Source of the DNA: an uncultured delta proteobacterium
GTDB lineage: Bacteria > Desulfobacterota > BSN033 > UBA1163
Assembly (NCBI GenBank): GCA_963827685.1
Contig: CAWHBU010000002.1
Coordinates: 544,001 to 608,000 of the forward strand
DNA: 64,000 nucleotides
Reading direction: 5' to 3'
Made by a program: the position numbers and the translations under genes. Below are positions 39,886 to 50,199 of this stretch, piece after piece (the stretch's first letter is position 1; every line of letters starts with the position of its first letter). The notes under the pieces were generated by a model. It made no database searches, had not been told where the DNA came from, and saw only the letters and a list, made by a program, of their open reading frames with translations.

Positions 39886-40461
39886 ATGAGGTGCGTTCGG
39901 TATCTCTTCTATATGATTCCTATCCTTTGGGTTTTTCTCAAGGATCTGGTTTGGGAAGACCTTTCCTTAGGCGAGATTAGGACCAATTATCTTTTTGGAA
40001 AGGCCAATGCCTATGACCGGGCCAATTTTTTAAGGAGAGCGGTCAGGGTCTACAAGGAAGTATTAAGGAGAGATCCGAACAGCATTCCCGTTTTTTTGAA
40101 TCTCGGGGGGCTTTATTATCGCCGAGGCATGTTTGAGACTGCCATCCCCTATTATGAAAAGGTGATCCGTGCGAACCCAAAGCATTACCAAGGCCACTAT
40201 TGGTTGGCAATGTGTTTTTGGAGATTGCAACGATATCATGCTGCCATCAACACTCTGGAAGAGGTCATCCAATTTTTGCCGACCTTTAAAGATGCCCTCA
40301 ACCTGATGGGGGAGTGTTATGAACAAATAGGAGAATCAGCCAAAGCAGAACAATGTTATCTCAAAGCCATCGGTAGTGATCCCAATGGAATTATTATTCA
40401 TGGAGGCATGTTAGACAATTGGGCCCAAGAGAAAAAGAAGGAGGAGCGGATAAAACATTAA
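39886..40461 (+). CDS. Tetratricopeptide-repeat protein
   Basis: Repeated NLG..Y...G....AI..YEK, WLA..F, LMG..Y...G patterns; the ORF extension upstream runs through a repeat. Confidence 0.8.
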   Translation: MRCVRYLFYMIPILWVFLKDLVWEDLSLGEIRTNYLFGKANAYDRANFLRRAVRVYKEVLRRDPNSIPVFLNLGGLYYRRGMFETAIPYYEKVIRANPKHYQGHYWLAMCFWRLQRYHAAINTLEEVIQFLPTFKDALNLMGECYEQIGESAKAEQCYLKAIGSDPNGIIIHGGMLDNWAQEKKKEERIKH

Positions 40462-40470
40462 AGATCGATC

Positions 40471-40659
40471 TCAAAAAGTCCCTTCACCTTTTTTTCTTTC
40501 CGAATTCTTCTTTGCGGCAGTAAATTTCTCTTCATCCATGATCCGGGGGGAGATGCCCTGAAATCCTCCCAAGTCGGCATCAGGAGGAAGCAGGATCCAG
40601 GCAATTCCTAATTCTTCATCGATCTTAACGATTTTGTCACCGGGTTGCAGTTTTTTCAT
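40471..40659 (-). CDS. Small hypothetical protein
   Basis: MKKLQPGDKIVKIDEELGIAWILLPPD...; plausible composition, no family recognised. Confidence 0.5.
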   Translation of the reverse strand: MKKLQPGDKIVKIDEELGIAWILLPPDADLGGFQGISPRIMDEEKFTAAKKNSERKKGEGTF

Positions 40660-41065
40660 AATATTCCATCTAATAAAAAATTGGTTTGCTCTTTCGTTTC
40701 TTTTATCTCCCATTTGGGAATCGATTTCAAGAGGTCAAGTGATTGGGTAGCTAAACAATTGGAATGGCTTCGTGAATTGAAAAGTGGAAGCGGATGAGAG
40801 GGAACAATATTTTAAGATCCGATGGGTGTCGGGTTGCTCGAAGTCAATTGAAGTATTTCATTTATGGCCGCCAAAACTTGACATCGTTTCGGTATCCCAA
40901 AAATGTCAATGAGAGCGGCATATTGTTCAAAATCTGACCATCTCTGTTTTGCCTCTTCAATAAAATTCCTTAAAAAAATCAATTAATAATAGGTGGATTA
41001 TCTCTGGCACAAAAAATGCTGCTTTTCTCTCGTGCGGGTTTAACCGCAGGTAAACACTTGATCAA

Positions 41066-42124
41066 TTGGGAGCAGTTCAAATGGTATATCACTTTGTAAT
41101 GTCTCTCATCATTACTGTCCTCTTGCTGGCCGAGGTAATACTGCCTATCATTTTGATATTGATCCTGGGATTATTGGTATGGCGTCTCATCCGTGAAAAA
41201 TGGATCAATAGAATTTTTGCGAGCCTTGTTTACGAGAAACACCCTTTTGTAAAGGAATTCTACGAAAGAGTGGGTCGTTTAGCTGAAGAGAAAGGAAATA
41301 AAGTTGTAAAGCCACTTGCCTATATTGCACTGATCTTATCCATTGCCCTCATATTTAGAACTCTGTGGCCATATGTATTCTATTACCATAGCGACACGAC
41401 CGACTCGTTTCTCAAGAATGGACTCCCTTGGATGTTTCTGTATATCGGATTGGTTTTTTTGGGTTTTGGGGTCTCCGCTTCTGTCATTTCGTCTTTACTT
41501 TTCATAAGGGAAACCAAGAAATTCGAGGTTTACAATAGAAGCATCGAGATTTATCTATTGAGTAAATACCTTGAGAACATCTTATACATCACCCTCGGAA
41601 TCGCCCTCATCATAGGGACGGTTTACGTATGGTTCTTTTTCCTGGAAAAGTTGGCACCCGTATTCAGTTACTTTGAGAATGAATCTGCATCGCTTGTAGA
41701 GCTAAAAGTTAACTTCGAAGAAATGTTGAAAACACTGAGCAGTTTATTAATCAGCTTTAGAGATCAATTTCAATACTGGTGCATCACGTCCTTTCTCATA
41801 TCCCTGGCAGGTTTTACCGTACCTTACATGTGGTTCAAGGGGAGACGATTTACTAAAATATTCCTAACACTATTCTTATCAGGAACAACCTTCTCTTACC
41901 TTGTCTCTTTTTTGGTTAAGAAATTTATCATCACTGAGCTGACTTGGATATTTGTCGCCGTGTGGACCTTTTCTGCGTTAATTACCTATATGGTCTTCCA
42001 CTTAATAAACACTATTTCGCTAAATAAAATCGTTATTTGTAGACATTGCCGAACAGAAAATGTCATCGATTCAAAGCACTGCAGCGAGTGCGGCAAAAAA
42101 CTTATTTTGGTCGCAAAGGCCTAA
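41066..42124 (+). CDS. Multi-pass membrane protein with a C-terminal zinc ribbon
   Basis: Many hydrophobic segments; CRHC...CSECG at the C-terminus; AT-rich. Confidence 0.7.
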   Translation: MGAVQMVYHFVMSLIITVLLLAEVILPIILILILGLLVWRLIREKWINRIFASLVYEKHPFVKEFYERVGRLAEEKGNKVVKPLAYIALILSIALIFRTLWPYVFYYHSDTTDSFLKNGLPWMFLYIGLVFLGFGVSASVISSLLFIRETKKFEVYNRSIEIYLLSKYLENILYITLGIALIIGTVYVWFFFLEKLAPVFSYFENESASLVELKVNFEEMLKTLSSLLISFRDQFQYWCITSFLISLAGFTVPYMWFKGRRFTKIFLTLFLSGTTFSYLVSFLVKKFIITELTWIFVAVWTFSALITYMVFHLINTISLNKIVICRHCRTENVIDSKHCSECGKKLILVAKA

Positions 42125-42232
42125 TGGATAAATCAGAAAAATTCGACCGAGGGGGGGAGAGGGGTAACGTCTTTTGTATCTACAGCGCCAAGATGATCAT
42201 ACTTTAAAGGCGACCCCAAGAGATTAAAAACA

Positions 42233-42270
42233 AAGGACGGATTTGAAGTGCCTCTCCAAATCCGTCCTTC
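42233..42270. terminator. Hairpin between convergent genes
   Basis: AAGGACGGATTTG ... CAAATCCGTCCTT. Confidence 0.6.
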
Positions 42271-42296
42271 ATGATTAACTTCAATGTAATATTATC

Positions 42297-42539
42297 TTAT
42301 TTTTCCTCGGGTTTTTTCTCTCCAGAAGCAGAAGCTTCCTCCTTCCCCATCTCCAGTTTCGATTTGATCTCACTGATGAAGTAGACGAGAACGCCGGCAC
42401 CGATTAAAAGCATCAGGATGGGGACGACGGCCATCAACCCTCTGACAAACATCGACCACCATTGGAACAAAAGAAGGTAAAGTCCGATAATGATCACCAC
42501 AACTCCGATAATAATTCCCAATATATTCGACACGATCAT
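42297..42539 (-). CDS. Small two-TM membrane protein
   Basis: ATG 42539 after AAGGGGG; two hydrophobic helices and a charged tail. Confidence 0.65.
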   Translation of the reverse strand: MIVSNILGIIIGVVVIIIGLYLLLFQWWSMFVRGLMAVVPILMLLIGAGVLVYFISEIKSKLEMGKEEASASGEKKPEEK

Positions 42540-42649
42540 CACCCCCTTTGAAGAGTTTTCTTGTTTAAGACAATTAGCAAATGATGAGAAAGAAGTCAAG
42601 GCCAATTTTAATGAACTAAGCATCTTTATTTCCGTGACAAACATAAAAT

Positions 42650-42835
42650 CCCCCCTCACCCTAGCCCTCTCCCCTTGGGGGCTGTGTCGCAATGTCATTG
42701 CGAGGGAGTGAAACGACCGAAGCAATCTCACAACGTTCCGAAAATAAAGAGATTGCCGCGCTCCCTTCGGTCGCTCGCAATGACAAGCCGAGGATTATGA
42801 CACAGTCTCTTGGGGGAGAGGGGAGGGTGAGGGGA
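42650..42835. repeat. Nested REP/MITE cluster
   Basis: CCCTCACC..CCCTCTCCCC / GGGGAGAGGG..GGTGAGGG encloses CTGTGTCGCAAT / ATTATGACACAG, which encloses GTCATTGCGAG...CTCGCAATGAC. The outer family also occurs near 2578, 29328, 46291 and 56091. Confidence 0.7.
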
Positions 42836-42948
42836 AAAATGATTCAAGATATAGACAGGGGAAAGGCATTGAGGTAATATGTATACGAACATTATCTCAG
42901 TCCCAAAAGAGAATATGGTCAGTAACGAGATTGTGAGGTGGTTTTAAC

Positions 42949-43881
42949 ATGGCTATCCATTTGAAAGGAAGATCGTTAGATAGTCTTTTCTATTTGACCA
43001 AAGAAGAGATTGAACAGATTTTAACAACGTCGGAATTACTAAAATCTCAACACCTTCGTGGAGAGGAGCACCCTTTGCTAAAGGGGAAGACATTGGCGAT
43101 GATCTTTGAGAAACCATCCACACGGACAAGGGTTTCATTTGAGGTGGGAATGTGGCAACTCGGGGGATATGCGCTTTATCTGAGTGTCAGTGATCTGCAG
43201 CTGGGCCGTGGGGAGACCATCGCTGATACGGCCCAGGTTCTCTCCCGTTATGTGGATGGGATTATGGCAAGGGTCTTTGCCCATCAGACCATCCTCGACC
43301 TGATAAAATATTCGAGAGTGCCGGTGATTAATGGGCTTTCAGACCTTACTCACCCCTGCCAAGGTCTGGCTGACCTTTTCACCATCTACGAGAGGAAGGG
43401 CCGGCTTTCAGGATTGAAACTTGCTTATGTAGGAGATGGCAATAACGTAGCCAATTCCCTCCTCTATGGTTGTTCAAAAGTCGGTATGGATATCGCTCTC
43501 GCATGCCCAAAAGGGTATGAGCCAAATCCAGAAGTTGTCGCAAAGGCGAAAGAAGAAGGGAAAAAAAGTGGTTGTAAGGTGAAGGTAACGAAAGATCCAA
43601 AAGAAGCAGTTCGAGAAGCCGATATAATTTATACGGATGTCTGGACCAGTATGGGAAAGGAAAAGGAGCACCGCAAAAGGGTGAAGATATTTAAACCCTA
43701 TCAGGTCAATGGAAAGTTGGTCAAAGAAGCGAAAGAAGATTATCTCTTCATGCATTGTTTGCCAGCCCATCGGGGGGAAGAAGTTACCGACGAAGTGGCA
43801 GATTCGGACAACAGTGTCATCTTCGATCAAGCAGAGAACAGACTTCATACACAAAAAGCACTTTTAACGCTGATTATGTAA
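42949..43881 (+). CDS. argF: Ornithine carbamoyltransferase
   Basis: [35 protein letters not shown]. Confidence 0.95.
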   Translation: MAIHLKGRSLDSLFYLTKEEIEQILTTSELLKSQHLRGEEHPLLKGKTLAMIFEKPSTRTRVSFEVGMWQLGGYALYLSVSDLQLGRGETIADTAQVLSRYVDGIMARVFAHQTILDLIKYSRVPVINGLSDLTHPCQGLADLFTIYERKGRLSGLKLAYVGDGNNVANSLLYGCSKVGMDIALACPKGYEPNPEVVAKAKEEGKKSGCKVKVTKDPKEAVREADIIYTDVWTSMGKEKEHRKRVKIFKPYQVNGKLVKEAKEDYLFMHCLPAHRGEEVTDEVADSDNSVIFDQAENRLHTQKALLTLIM

Positions 43882-43938
43882 GGAAAGTTAATAGTTCGGA
43901 GTTAGGAGTTCGGAGCTCGGAGTTAAAACTCAAAACCT

Positions 43939-45261
43939 ATGAAGCTTTTAATCGAGAAGGCAAGCTTGGTGACCACGGAACCAAGACCTCCTAAGGTATT
44001 TGATGTTTTGATTAGCGAGGGGAAGATTTGTGAGATTGCTGAGAAGATTGTAGCCCCGGAAGCCTCTACCATTGACGCACGCGGAAAAATACTGGCGCCG
44101 GGTCTCGTGGATGGTCACGTCCATTTTAGGGAACCTGGCCAGGAGTATAAAGAAGACCTCCGTACTGGCTCATTGGCCGCCGCATCCGGCGGGTTCACGA
44201 CTGTCATAGCAGAACCCAATACGACTCCTCCCATAGATACTCCAACCCGACTTCGGCGTTTGTTAAATATTGCAGAGAAAAAGAGTATCATTAACTTTTA
44301 TTCTAAGTCAGCCATAACCAAGGGGACGATGGGGTATCAGCTGGCGGATATTGGCAAGCTGAAAGAAGCCGGCGCGAGAGCCATTTCTGACGATGGAAAT
44401 CCCATCCCCAGCCATAGGCTAATGCGAAACGCACTTATCAAAGGGAAGGAATGCGGTATCCTGGTGAGTCCGCATTGCGAGGAATCAGCGCTCTATCGGG
44501 AAAGGATACTGAGGCAGCGGGAGAAACGCGGGCAGCAATCACTCTATCTTCACATGCCATATTCTTCATCCGCGGCTGGTCCTTATACGTCCGAAGCCGG
44601 GTTTATTAAGCGCGATATTGAATTGGCCGAGAAAACCGAAGCACGCCTCCATATCTCACATGTGAGCCTGGCTAAGTCGGTGGAAATCATTGCCAATGCG
44701 AAGAAGCGAGGAGTCAAGGTGACTGCAGAGGCCACCCCGCATCATCTCCTGTTAACGGAGCAAATGGCAAAAGAGATTGGACCGAACGCAAAAGTAAATC
44801 CACCCTTGAGGTCGGAAGAAGATGTGGAGGCGGTAAGGGAAGGGCTTACGAACGGCACTATCGATATTATCGCGAGTGACCATGCCCCACATTCACCCGA
44901 GGAAAAGAATCGACCTTGGGATCAAGCTCCTTTTGGCGTGATCGGTTTGGAGACAACACTTGGCTTGGTCTTAACTTATTTGGTGCGTCCAGGGATTTTG
45001 ACATTAAGTCAAGCGATCGAGAAAATAAGCATAATCCCGGCAAGGATTTTTGGACTCGATGTGCTGGGAGTTGGCACTCTCAGGCCAGGAGTGAAAGCAG
45101 ATCTGACCCTGATTGATTTGGATAGAAAATGGAAAGTGGACGTGAGTAGTTTTTACTCCAAGGGTAGAAATTGCCCTTTTAATGGCTGGGAGCTTCGTGG
45201 AAGAGCAATACTCACAATCGTCGCAGGAAGAATTGTGGCAAAGGACGGCGTGGTGATGTAA
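43939..45261 (+). CDS. pyrC: Dihydroorotase (long, class I)
   Basis: DGHVHFREPG, GGFTT, PNT, KVNPPLR, ASDHAPH. Confidence 0.93.
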   Translation: MKLLIEKASLVTTEPRPPKVFDVLISEGKICEIAEKIVAPEASTIDARGKILAPGLVDGHVHFREPGQEYKEDLRTGSLAAASGGFTTVIAEPNTTPPIDTPTRLRRLLNIAEKKSIINFYSKSAITKGTMGYQLADIGKLKEAGARAISDDGNPIPSHRLMRNALIKGKECGILVSPHCEESALYRERILRQREKRGQQSLYLHMPYSSSAAGPYTSEAGFIKRDIELAEKTEARLHISHVSLAKSVEIIANAKKRGVKVTAEATPHHLLLTEQMAKEIGPNAKVNPPLRSEEDVEAVREGLTNGTIDIIASDHAPHSPEEKNRPWDQAPFGVIGLETTLGLVLTYLVRPGILTLSQAIEKISIIPARIFGLDVLGVGTLRPGVKADLTLIDLDRKWKVDVSSFYSKGRNCPFNGWELRGRAILTIVAGRIVAKDGVVM

Positions 45262-45286
45262 TTTCTGTATTTCAAAGGAGGGTAAG

Positions 45287-46216
45287 ATGGTCAGCCTGAA
45301 AGGAAAAGATATCCTTCATGGGAATCAGTTTTCGAAGAAGGATATCGATGGGATTATTAGGATTGCGTCTAATTTTGAGAGGGAACTTAAGAAAAAGGAT
45401 TCTTTGACTTTATTGAAAGGAAAGATTTTGGCAACTCTTTTCTTTGAGCCAAGCACCCGGACCCGGCTCTCCTTTGAAACAGCCATGCAGCGCTTAGGAG
45501 GAGGGGTGATCAGCATGGCATCAGCAGAGAGCTCCTCAGCCGCAAAAGGCGAAACCGTTGCAGATACAGCCAGGACAGTCTCCCAATATGCAGATGTTAT
45601 CGTGATTCGTCATCCTCGTATCGGATCAGCCAAAGAAGCGGCTGATGCCGCTCCGATCCCTGTCATCAATGCAGGGGATGGGGCAGGGCAGCACCCGACT
45701 CAAGCCCTCCTTGATATTTATACCATTTATAAAGAATTGGGTTCTCTCAAGAATCTGGGGGTTTCCATGGTAGGCGATTTAAAAAACGGGCGCACGGTTC
45801 ATGCATTGGTTGAACTTTTATCTCTCTTCCGGACGAGACTCTATCTTGTCTCTCCCAGTAGTCTCCGAATGCCGGAGGAAATCGTCTCCCATCTCAAACA
45901 GAAAGGCGTTGAGATCGAAGAGACAGAGGATTTTAAGAAAGCAGCCTCGGAAAGCCATCTCGTTTACATGACGCGGATTCAAAAGGAGCGTTTTGAGAAT
46001 CTTTCTGAATATGAGCGAGTTAAAGGCTATTACATCATTGATGAGAAATTCCTGAAAGAGCTTAAAAAGAAGATCACTATTCTCCACCCACTTCCAAGGG
46101 TAGACGAGATCAGTCCGGAAGTGGATAGCTATCCCGGAGCAGCCTATTTCAGACAGGTGAAAAATGGTGTTTTTGTCAGAATGGCTTTGCTTGCCATGGT
46201 GTTGGGAAAACGTTAA
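45287..46216 (+). CDS. pyrB: Aspartate carbamoyltransferase catalytic subunit
   Basis: FFEPSTRTRLSF, NAGDG..HPTQ, TRIQKERF, HPLPRVDE. Confidence 0.96.
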   Translation: MVSLKGKDILHGNQFSKKDIDGIIRIASNFERELKKKDSLTLLKGKILATLFFEPSTRTRLSFETAMQRLGGGVISMASAESSSAAKGETVADTARTVSQYADVIVIRHPRIGSAKEAADAAPIPVINAGDGAGQHPTQALLDIYTIYKELGSLKNLGVSMVGDLKNGRTVHALVELLSLFRTRLYLVSPSSLRMPEEIVSHLKQKGVEIEETEDFKKAASESHLVYMTRIQKERFENLSEYERVKGYYIIDEKFLKELKKKITILHPLPRVDEISPEVDSYPGAAYFRQVKNGVFVRMALLAMVLGKR

Positions 46217-46480
46217 GAATATCCCAATTCCAAACACCGATCTCCAATTCCAAATACTAGCCAAAGATATTTGAAATTTTCCCTGTATATTCCCTCCCCC
46301 CTGCCTGCCGGTAGGCAGGGGGGAGGGTCAGGGTGGGGGTGGACAAAATCGATTGGTTCCCCCTCTCCTTCATCCCCTCCCACGGTGGGGAGGGGATGCT
46401 CTTAGGGAAATTGTTTTAAATGTTAGAGATAAATTCTCAATCTTCCGTGTCTACACAATTATGGCCTGACCAGTAATCCC

Positions 46481-47113
46481 TCAGATCCACTTCAACACCA
46501 CTGCAAACAAGATGAGACAGATAATGTCGAAAGCATAGATGATCCCCACCGTGCTTATCTTCCGCCGGAGGCTATCCATGTCAAACACCCAGAACGAGAC
46601 CAGAAAGAAAGGCAAGTAGCCGATCAGAAAAATCAGCCAGGGTGCTCCTGCACGCCACCACGAATAGTCCCAGGTCAATGCTCCGACTAAGTTCAACAGA
46701 ATCTCCACGAAGACGCAAAAGATCGAATTAATGATAGCGAAGAAGAGGCGGTTTGGCAGACCCAGGATTTTCAGTCGCTTGTCGGCAGGGAGCATTTTTG
46801 AGAAGGCGATGCCGGCGATCGCAAACATGAAACAGATTTCGATGCTCAGCCCGATCAGGATCAGGAAGGCTGTCTTGCCGGGGGCGCCCCATACAGGTGC
46901 GAACTGGGTGAAGTGGAAGACCAGGCCGTTCCAGATCTCGTTAAACCAATCCATCCCCCAAAAAGCTAATCCGGCGAACACCAGGCTCCAGTTTCCTCGT
47001 TCGACCTCCACCGCATAGACGTACACCGTCAGAGCAAACAGAGTAATGACGTACCATTGGAACAGACTTCCGTCGCGAAGTATGTTCAGGGCCTCCGAAG
47101 CAGCTTGTGTCAT
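46481..47113 (-). CDS. Conserved-looking multi-pass membrane protein
   Basis: 210 aa, about six TM segments, GGAGG RBS. Confidence 0.75.
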   Translation of the reverse strand: MTQAASEALNILRDGSLFQWYVITLFALTVYVYAVEVERGNWSLVFAGLAFWGMDWFNEIWNGLVFHFTQFAPVWGAPGKTAFLILIGLSIEICFMFAIAGIAFSKMLPADKRLKILGLPNRLFFAIINSIFCVFVEILLNLVGALTWDYSWWRAGAPWLIFLIGYLPFFLVSFWVFDMDSLRRKISTVGIIYAFDIICLILFAVVLKWI

Positions 47114-47321
47114 CTCAGACCTCCTTCGTTTAGTTGTGATTATGTTGTGATAGATAGATGCCTATGTCGCACGAGCATTATTTTCAAGTTCATTCTGTAG
47201 ATGAAGGGATTATATGTACGTGAAAGAAAGGTGTCAACCTGTTTTTGACTCAGAAGCATCGAATTGAGGGCACGTTTTCATCCAACTCATCGGATTCGGT
47301 CGAGATTGGCTTTTTCTACAG

Positions 47322-47380
47322 ACTCAACGTCCGAGCTCAGCCGCGCACTTTTGCCCGTCGGCTGGGGCGACTTGTTCGCC
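47322..47380 (-). other. attC site closing the toxin-antitoxin cassette
   Basis: Minus strand: GGCGAAC AAGTC GCCCCAGC CGAC...GCG GCTGAGC TCGGAC GTTGAGT; R'' is complementary to the GTTCGCCC at 47866-47873 that opens the cassette. Confidence 0.8.
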
Positions 47381-47570
47381 CTGCGATTCTTTTTTTCAAT
47401 TCTGCAATTCCAATAGTAGGAGCATCCTTCTCTGTCATCTTAGCTTCTCGAAGGCAGCGAAGATCTTCGTATGAAGCAAGCTCTTCCTGTATTTTCTGAA
47501 ATTCTTCATAGGGTAAAACAGCATATTCTTTTTTTCCGTTTTTTTTAATAATTTGCGCATTTACTACCAT
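47337..47570 (-). CDS. Antitoxin (Phd/YefM-like)
   Basis: IIKKNGKKEYAVLPYEEF...EDLRCLREAK; directly follows the toxin; AGGAG RBS. Confidence 0.75.
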   Translation of the reverse strand: MVVNAQIIKKNGKKEYAVLPYEEFQKIQEELASYEDLRCLREAKMTEKDAPTIGIAELKKRIAGRTSRPSRRAKVRG

Positions 47571-47581
47571 AAAAACTCCTT

Positions 47582-47830
47582 TCATCTATATGCTTCTCGA
47601 CGATGACGAACCCTATAGACGACAATGTTTTTATTTTCAACCTCAAATAAAACCCTGTAATCACCTACCCGCAAACGATACTCGGGAGTAAAATTTGTAA
47701 GCCGTTTAACATCTCCCTTTAAATCAACGCTCATTGCCTCAATGCCTTTGATGATCTGTAAGTGCAAGCGTGACGAAAGACGTTCAATATCCTTCACTGC
47801 TCTTGGTTTAAATTGTATATTATATTTCAT
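47582..47830 (-). CDS. RelE/ParE-family toxin
   Basis: YNIQFKPRAVKDI...VKRL...YRLRVGDYRVLF...HRREAY. Confidence 0.92.
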   Translation of the reverse strand: MKYNIQFKPRAVKDIERLSSRLHLQIIKGIEAMSVDLKGDVKRLTNFTPEYRLRVGDYRVLFEVENKNIVVYRVRHRREAYR

Positions 47831-48093
47831 ATTTTTGCGAGCCAAATATATCTATCACATTTAGTGGGCGAACATCCGAGCTGAGGCCCTTTGGGCCTTC
47901 TGCTCGGCGCAAACGGGAGGTTGTTGACTAGCAGGAATTGTTCTTCCTCTGCCTGGGGGATATTCCCATCTTTCTAAATCTCTATCTTTGCTTCCTTCAT
48001 CAGATTTATTCAACTTGGTCAACAACGCTCCCTTGCTCTTATTAATATCTCAGTTTCTCAAGCCTTTTCCCGATGATCCTCCCCAGAATCTAA

Positions 48094-49680
48094 TCATTTC
48101 AGCTCCGTCACAGGCGACTCTTCTGCCCACAGGTCGTAAACGTAATTATAAAGCTGTTCGCTCACCGACACCTTGTAAGGAGTAGGGTTGATGTCCCTTA
48201 GGTAGTCTTCTCGTGTGCTCCGCAGTTGATTCAAAACATAATCCCTGGACTCATTTAACGGGACTTCCGGATAGATCCTCTTCCCATCCCAGACACAATG
48301 ATGGAGTGGAATCACTCTGGAGGGGGTGACATAGAGGCGCTTGATATGGTCAAACGGGTGATGGCATAATACACGCTTTGATGGTTCCGGTGGCTTATCT
48401 CCCACTTTTATCATCAGATCCAGCAGGCCGTACCCGTCTTCACCTAAAAGGCGGTAAGCCTCTTTCTTCCCGGGTATGGTCATTTTGCTCAATTCCTGGG
48501 AAAGTTTTATCCGAGGTATGCCTCTTGCTTCAACCAGTTTGTAGATGCATCCCATGGCAGGCTGATCATCGCACGTCACAAGATGCGTGCCTATACCAAA
48601 CGTGTCGATTTCATGGCCCTGCTGCCCGAGAGAACTCAGAATACTCCTATTAATCTCGTTGCTGGCCAGAATCAGACATTTTGAGAGATCGGAGCCAGTC
48701 CTGGCACCTATTTCATTGAGCACCTTCCTTGTTCCTCTTGAAAGGTAGGAAAGGTCTCCGGAATCCAATCTTACCCCTATGGGCCTGTACCCCAGTTTGA
48801 GAAGCCCGAGGGCCACACAAACAAAGTTAGGAACGCCTGATTTCAAGGTATCGTAGGTATCCACAAGGGCCAGAAACTCTCTGGGAAAGGCCTGGGCATA
48901 CGCAATAAAGGATGCAAGTTCTCCTTCATTTGTATGGTTGAAACCCAATTCTGCCCGGATCTCTAAAACCATTTTGACAAAATCATGGACTTTTCCGTCC
49001 GCTCCAGTAAGCGTGTGATCTTTCAAATCCTCAACACCAATAAAAGACTGAACATAAGAGTGGGCATGAGTTCCCCGTATGGGTATACCGAAAACATAGC
49101 CTGCAAGAACGTTGCTTGTCCCATCAAAGCCACCCATAAAGCTGTAACGGGAAGCTGAAAGCCCTCCATCCGGGCCTTGCGCCCTTCGTAAACCGAATTC
49201 AATTAGGCCTTTGTCAAACCCCACAGTTAAGCGATATTTAGCCGCGTTGGTTGTCATTAAGCTTGGATAATTGGTCAGCGTCAGCGTGGGAGTCTCGATC
49301 AACTGAGCAACCGCTATCGGACCTTCTACTCTCATCAAAGGCTCGCGAGGAAAAGATATCGTTCCTTCCTTGAAGGCATAAATCTTCATTCTGGAACAGT
49401 CCACGCTCTTGAGCCAGTCGAAAAAACCTCTCTCACATTGTGGCATCTGCTCCTTGAGATAGGCAACGTGATCATCGGTAAAACAGAAATTCTCAAACAG
49501 CCTGAGTTTCTCCTCGAGGCCGGCGTATATAGCGAATTCTCCCCCAAAAGGATTCTTGCGGAAGAAAAGGTCAAATACAGCCTCTTCCTCGTGCACTCCG
49601 GCTTTCCAATAAGCATAAGCCATGGTTATCTGGTAGAAATCAGTCAACATAGGATTTACCAGTTGGTTCGTTGGCTTCAT
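48094..49680 (-). CDS. pncB: Nicotinate phosphoribosyltransferase (long type)
   Basis: LTDFYQITM, EFGLRRAQG, GTHAHS, LVDTYD, RLDSGDL, FGIGTHLVT. Confidence 0.95.
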   Translation of the reverse strand: MKPTNQLVNPMLTDFYQITMAYAYWKAGVHEEEAVFDLFFRKNPFGGEFAIYAGLEEKLRLFENFCFTDDHVAYLKEQMPQCERGFFDWLKSVDCSRMKIYAFKEGTISFPREPLMRVEGPIAVAQLIETPTLTLTNYPSLMTTNAAKYRLTVGFDKGLIEFGLRRAQGPDGGLSASRYSFMGGFDGTSNVLAGYVFGIPIRGTHAHSYVQSFIGVEDLKDHTLTGADGKVHDFVKMVLEIRAELGFNHTNEGELASFIAYAQAFPREFLALVDTYDTLKSGVPNFVCVALGLLKLGYRPIGVRLDSGDLSYLSRGTRKVLNEIGARTGSDLSKCLILASNEINRSILSSLGQQGHEIDTFGIGTHLVTCDDQPAMGCIYKLVEARGIPRIKLSQELSKMTIPGKKEAYRLLGEDGYGLLDLMIKVGDKPPEPSKRVLCHHPFDHIKRLYVTPSRVIPLHHCVWDGKRIYPEVPLNESRDYVLNQLRSTREDYLRDINPTPYKVSVSEQLYNYVYDLWAEESPVTELK

Positions 49681-49758
49681 CTATCCTACTCCTTCCTACA
49701 CCTACTTTTCATCACTTCAACGTAAGGCATCTGGTTGAAGATTACCGATTGAAAGAAT

Positions 49759-49848
49759 GATTAACAACTGAGATAACCCGCGCAGGCAAGCACCTATGCC
49801 AAAAACCTGCCGCGGCTAATCCGCGTCAGGTTGATGCGGTTGTTAGTG
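49759..49848 (-). other. attC site
   Basis: Minus strand: CACTAAC AACCG CATCAACC TGACGCG...CGCG GGTTATC TCAGTT GTTAATC; R'' pairs with the GTTAGTGAG at 50191-50199. Confidence 0.8.
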
Positions 49849-49865
49849 AGAGTTTATTTTTCTCG

Positions 49866-50186
49866 TCAATCTCCTTCCCATGGAAATTTCCAAGGCGGGA
49901 TATTCATCCATTTCGGTGTTGATGTCATCTCGACCTTGCGTTTTCTTATAGTTTTTGCTGTCATGATTATGTAAACAGGGGTGGCGATAAGAAGGATAAG
50001 CAGCACCAGAAAAGTTCCGACCGGTTGACCGAAATAATTCTGATAGCCAAAGAAGTCCCGCCTGACAAAATAACCAATGCATGTTGCCCAGAGTATTGCT
50101 AGGATGATCCCTGCAATGCTAATGCCCATTATGTCAGTTTTGCGAATCTTCCGGGACTTTTTGTCTGCTGATCTCTTTTTCTTCAT
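49866..50186 (-). CDS. Cassette ORF: small two-TM membrane protein
   Basis: ATG 50186 lies just after GTTAGTGAG; two hydrophobic helices. Confidence 0.65.
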   Translation of the reverse strand: MKKKRSADKKSRKIRKTDIMGISIAGIILAILWATCIGYFVRRDFFGYQNYFGQPVGTFLVLLILLIATPVYIIMTAKTIRKRKVEMTSTPKWMNIPPWKFPWEGD

Positions 50187-50199
50187 TTTTCTCACTAAC

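Noticed and set aside
40812-40982. Short minus-strand ORF of about 55 aa with a TTG start
   Set aside because: No RBS, no motif and short enough to arise by chance
47866-47930. Complete attC upstream of the toxin gene
   Set aside because: Only the L'/R' half is recognisable; the other arm does not pair, so it is treated as a remnant
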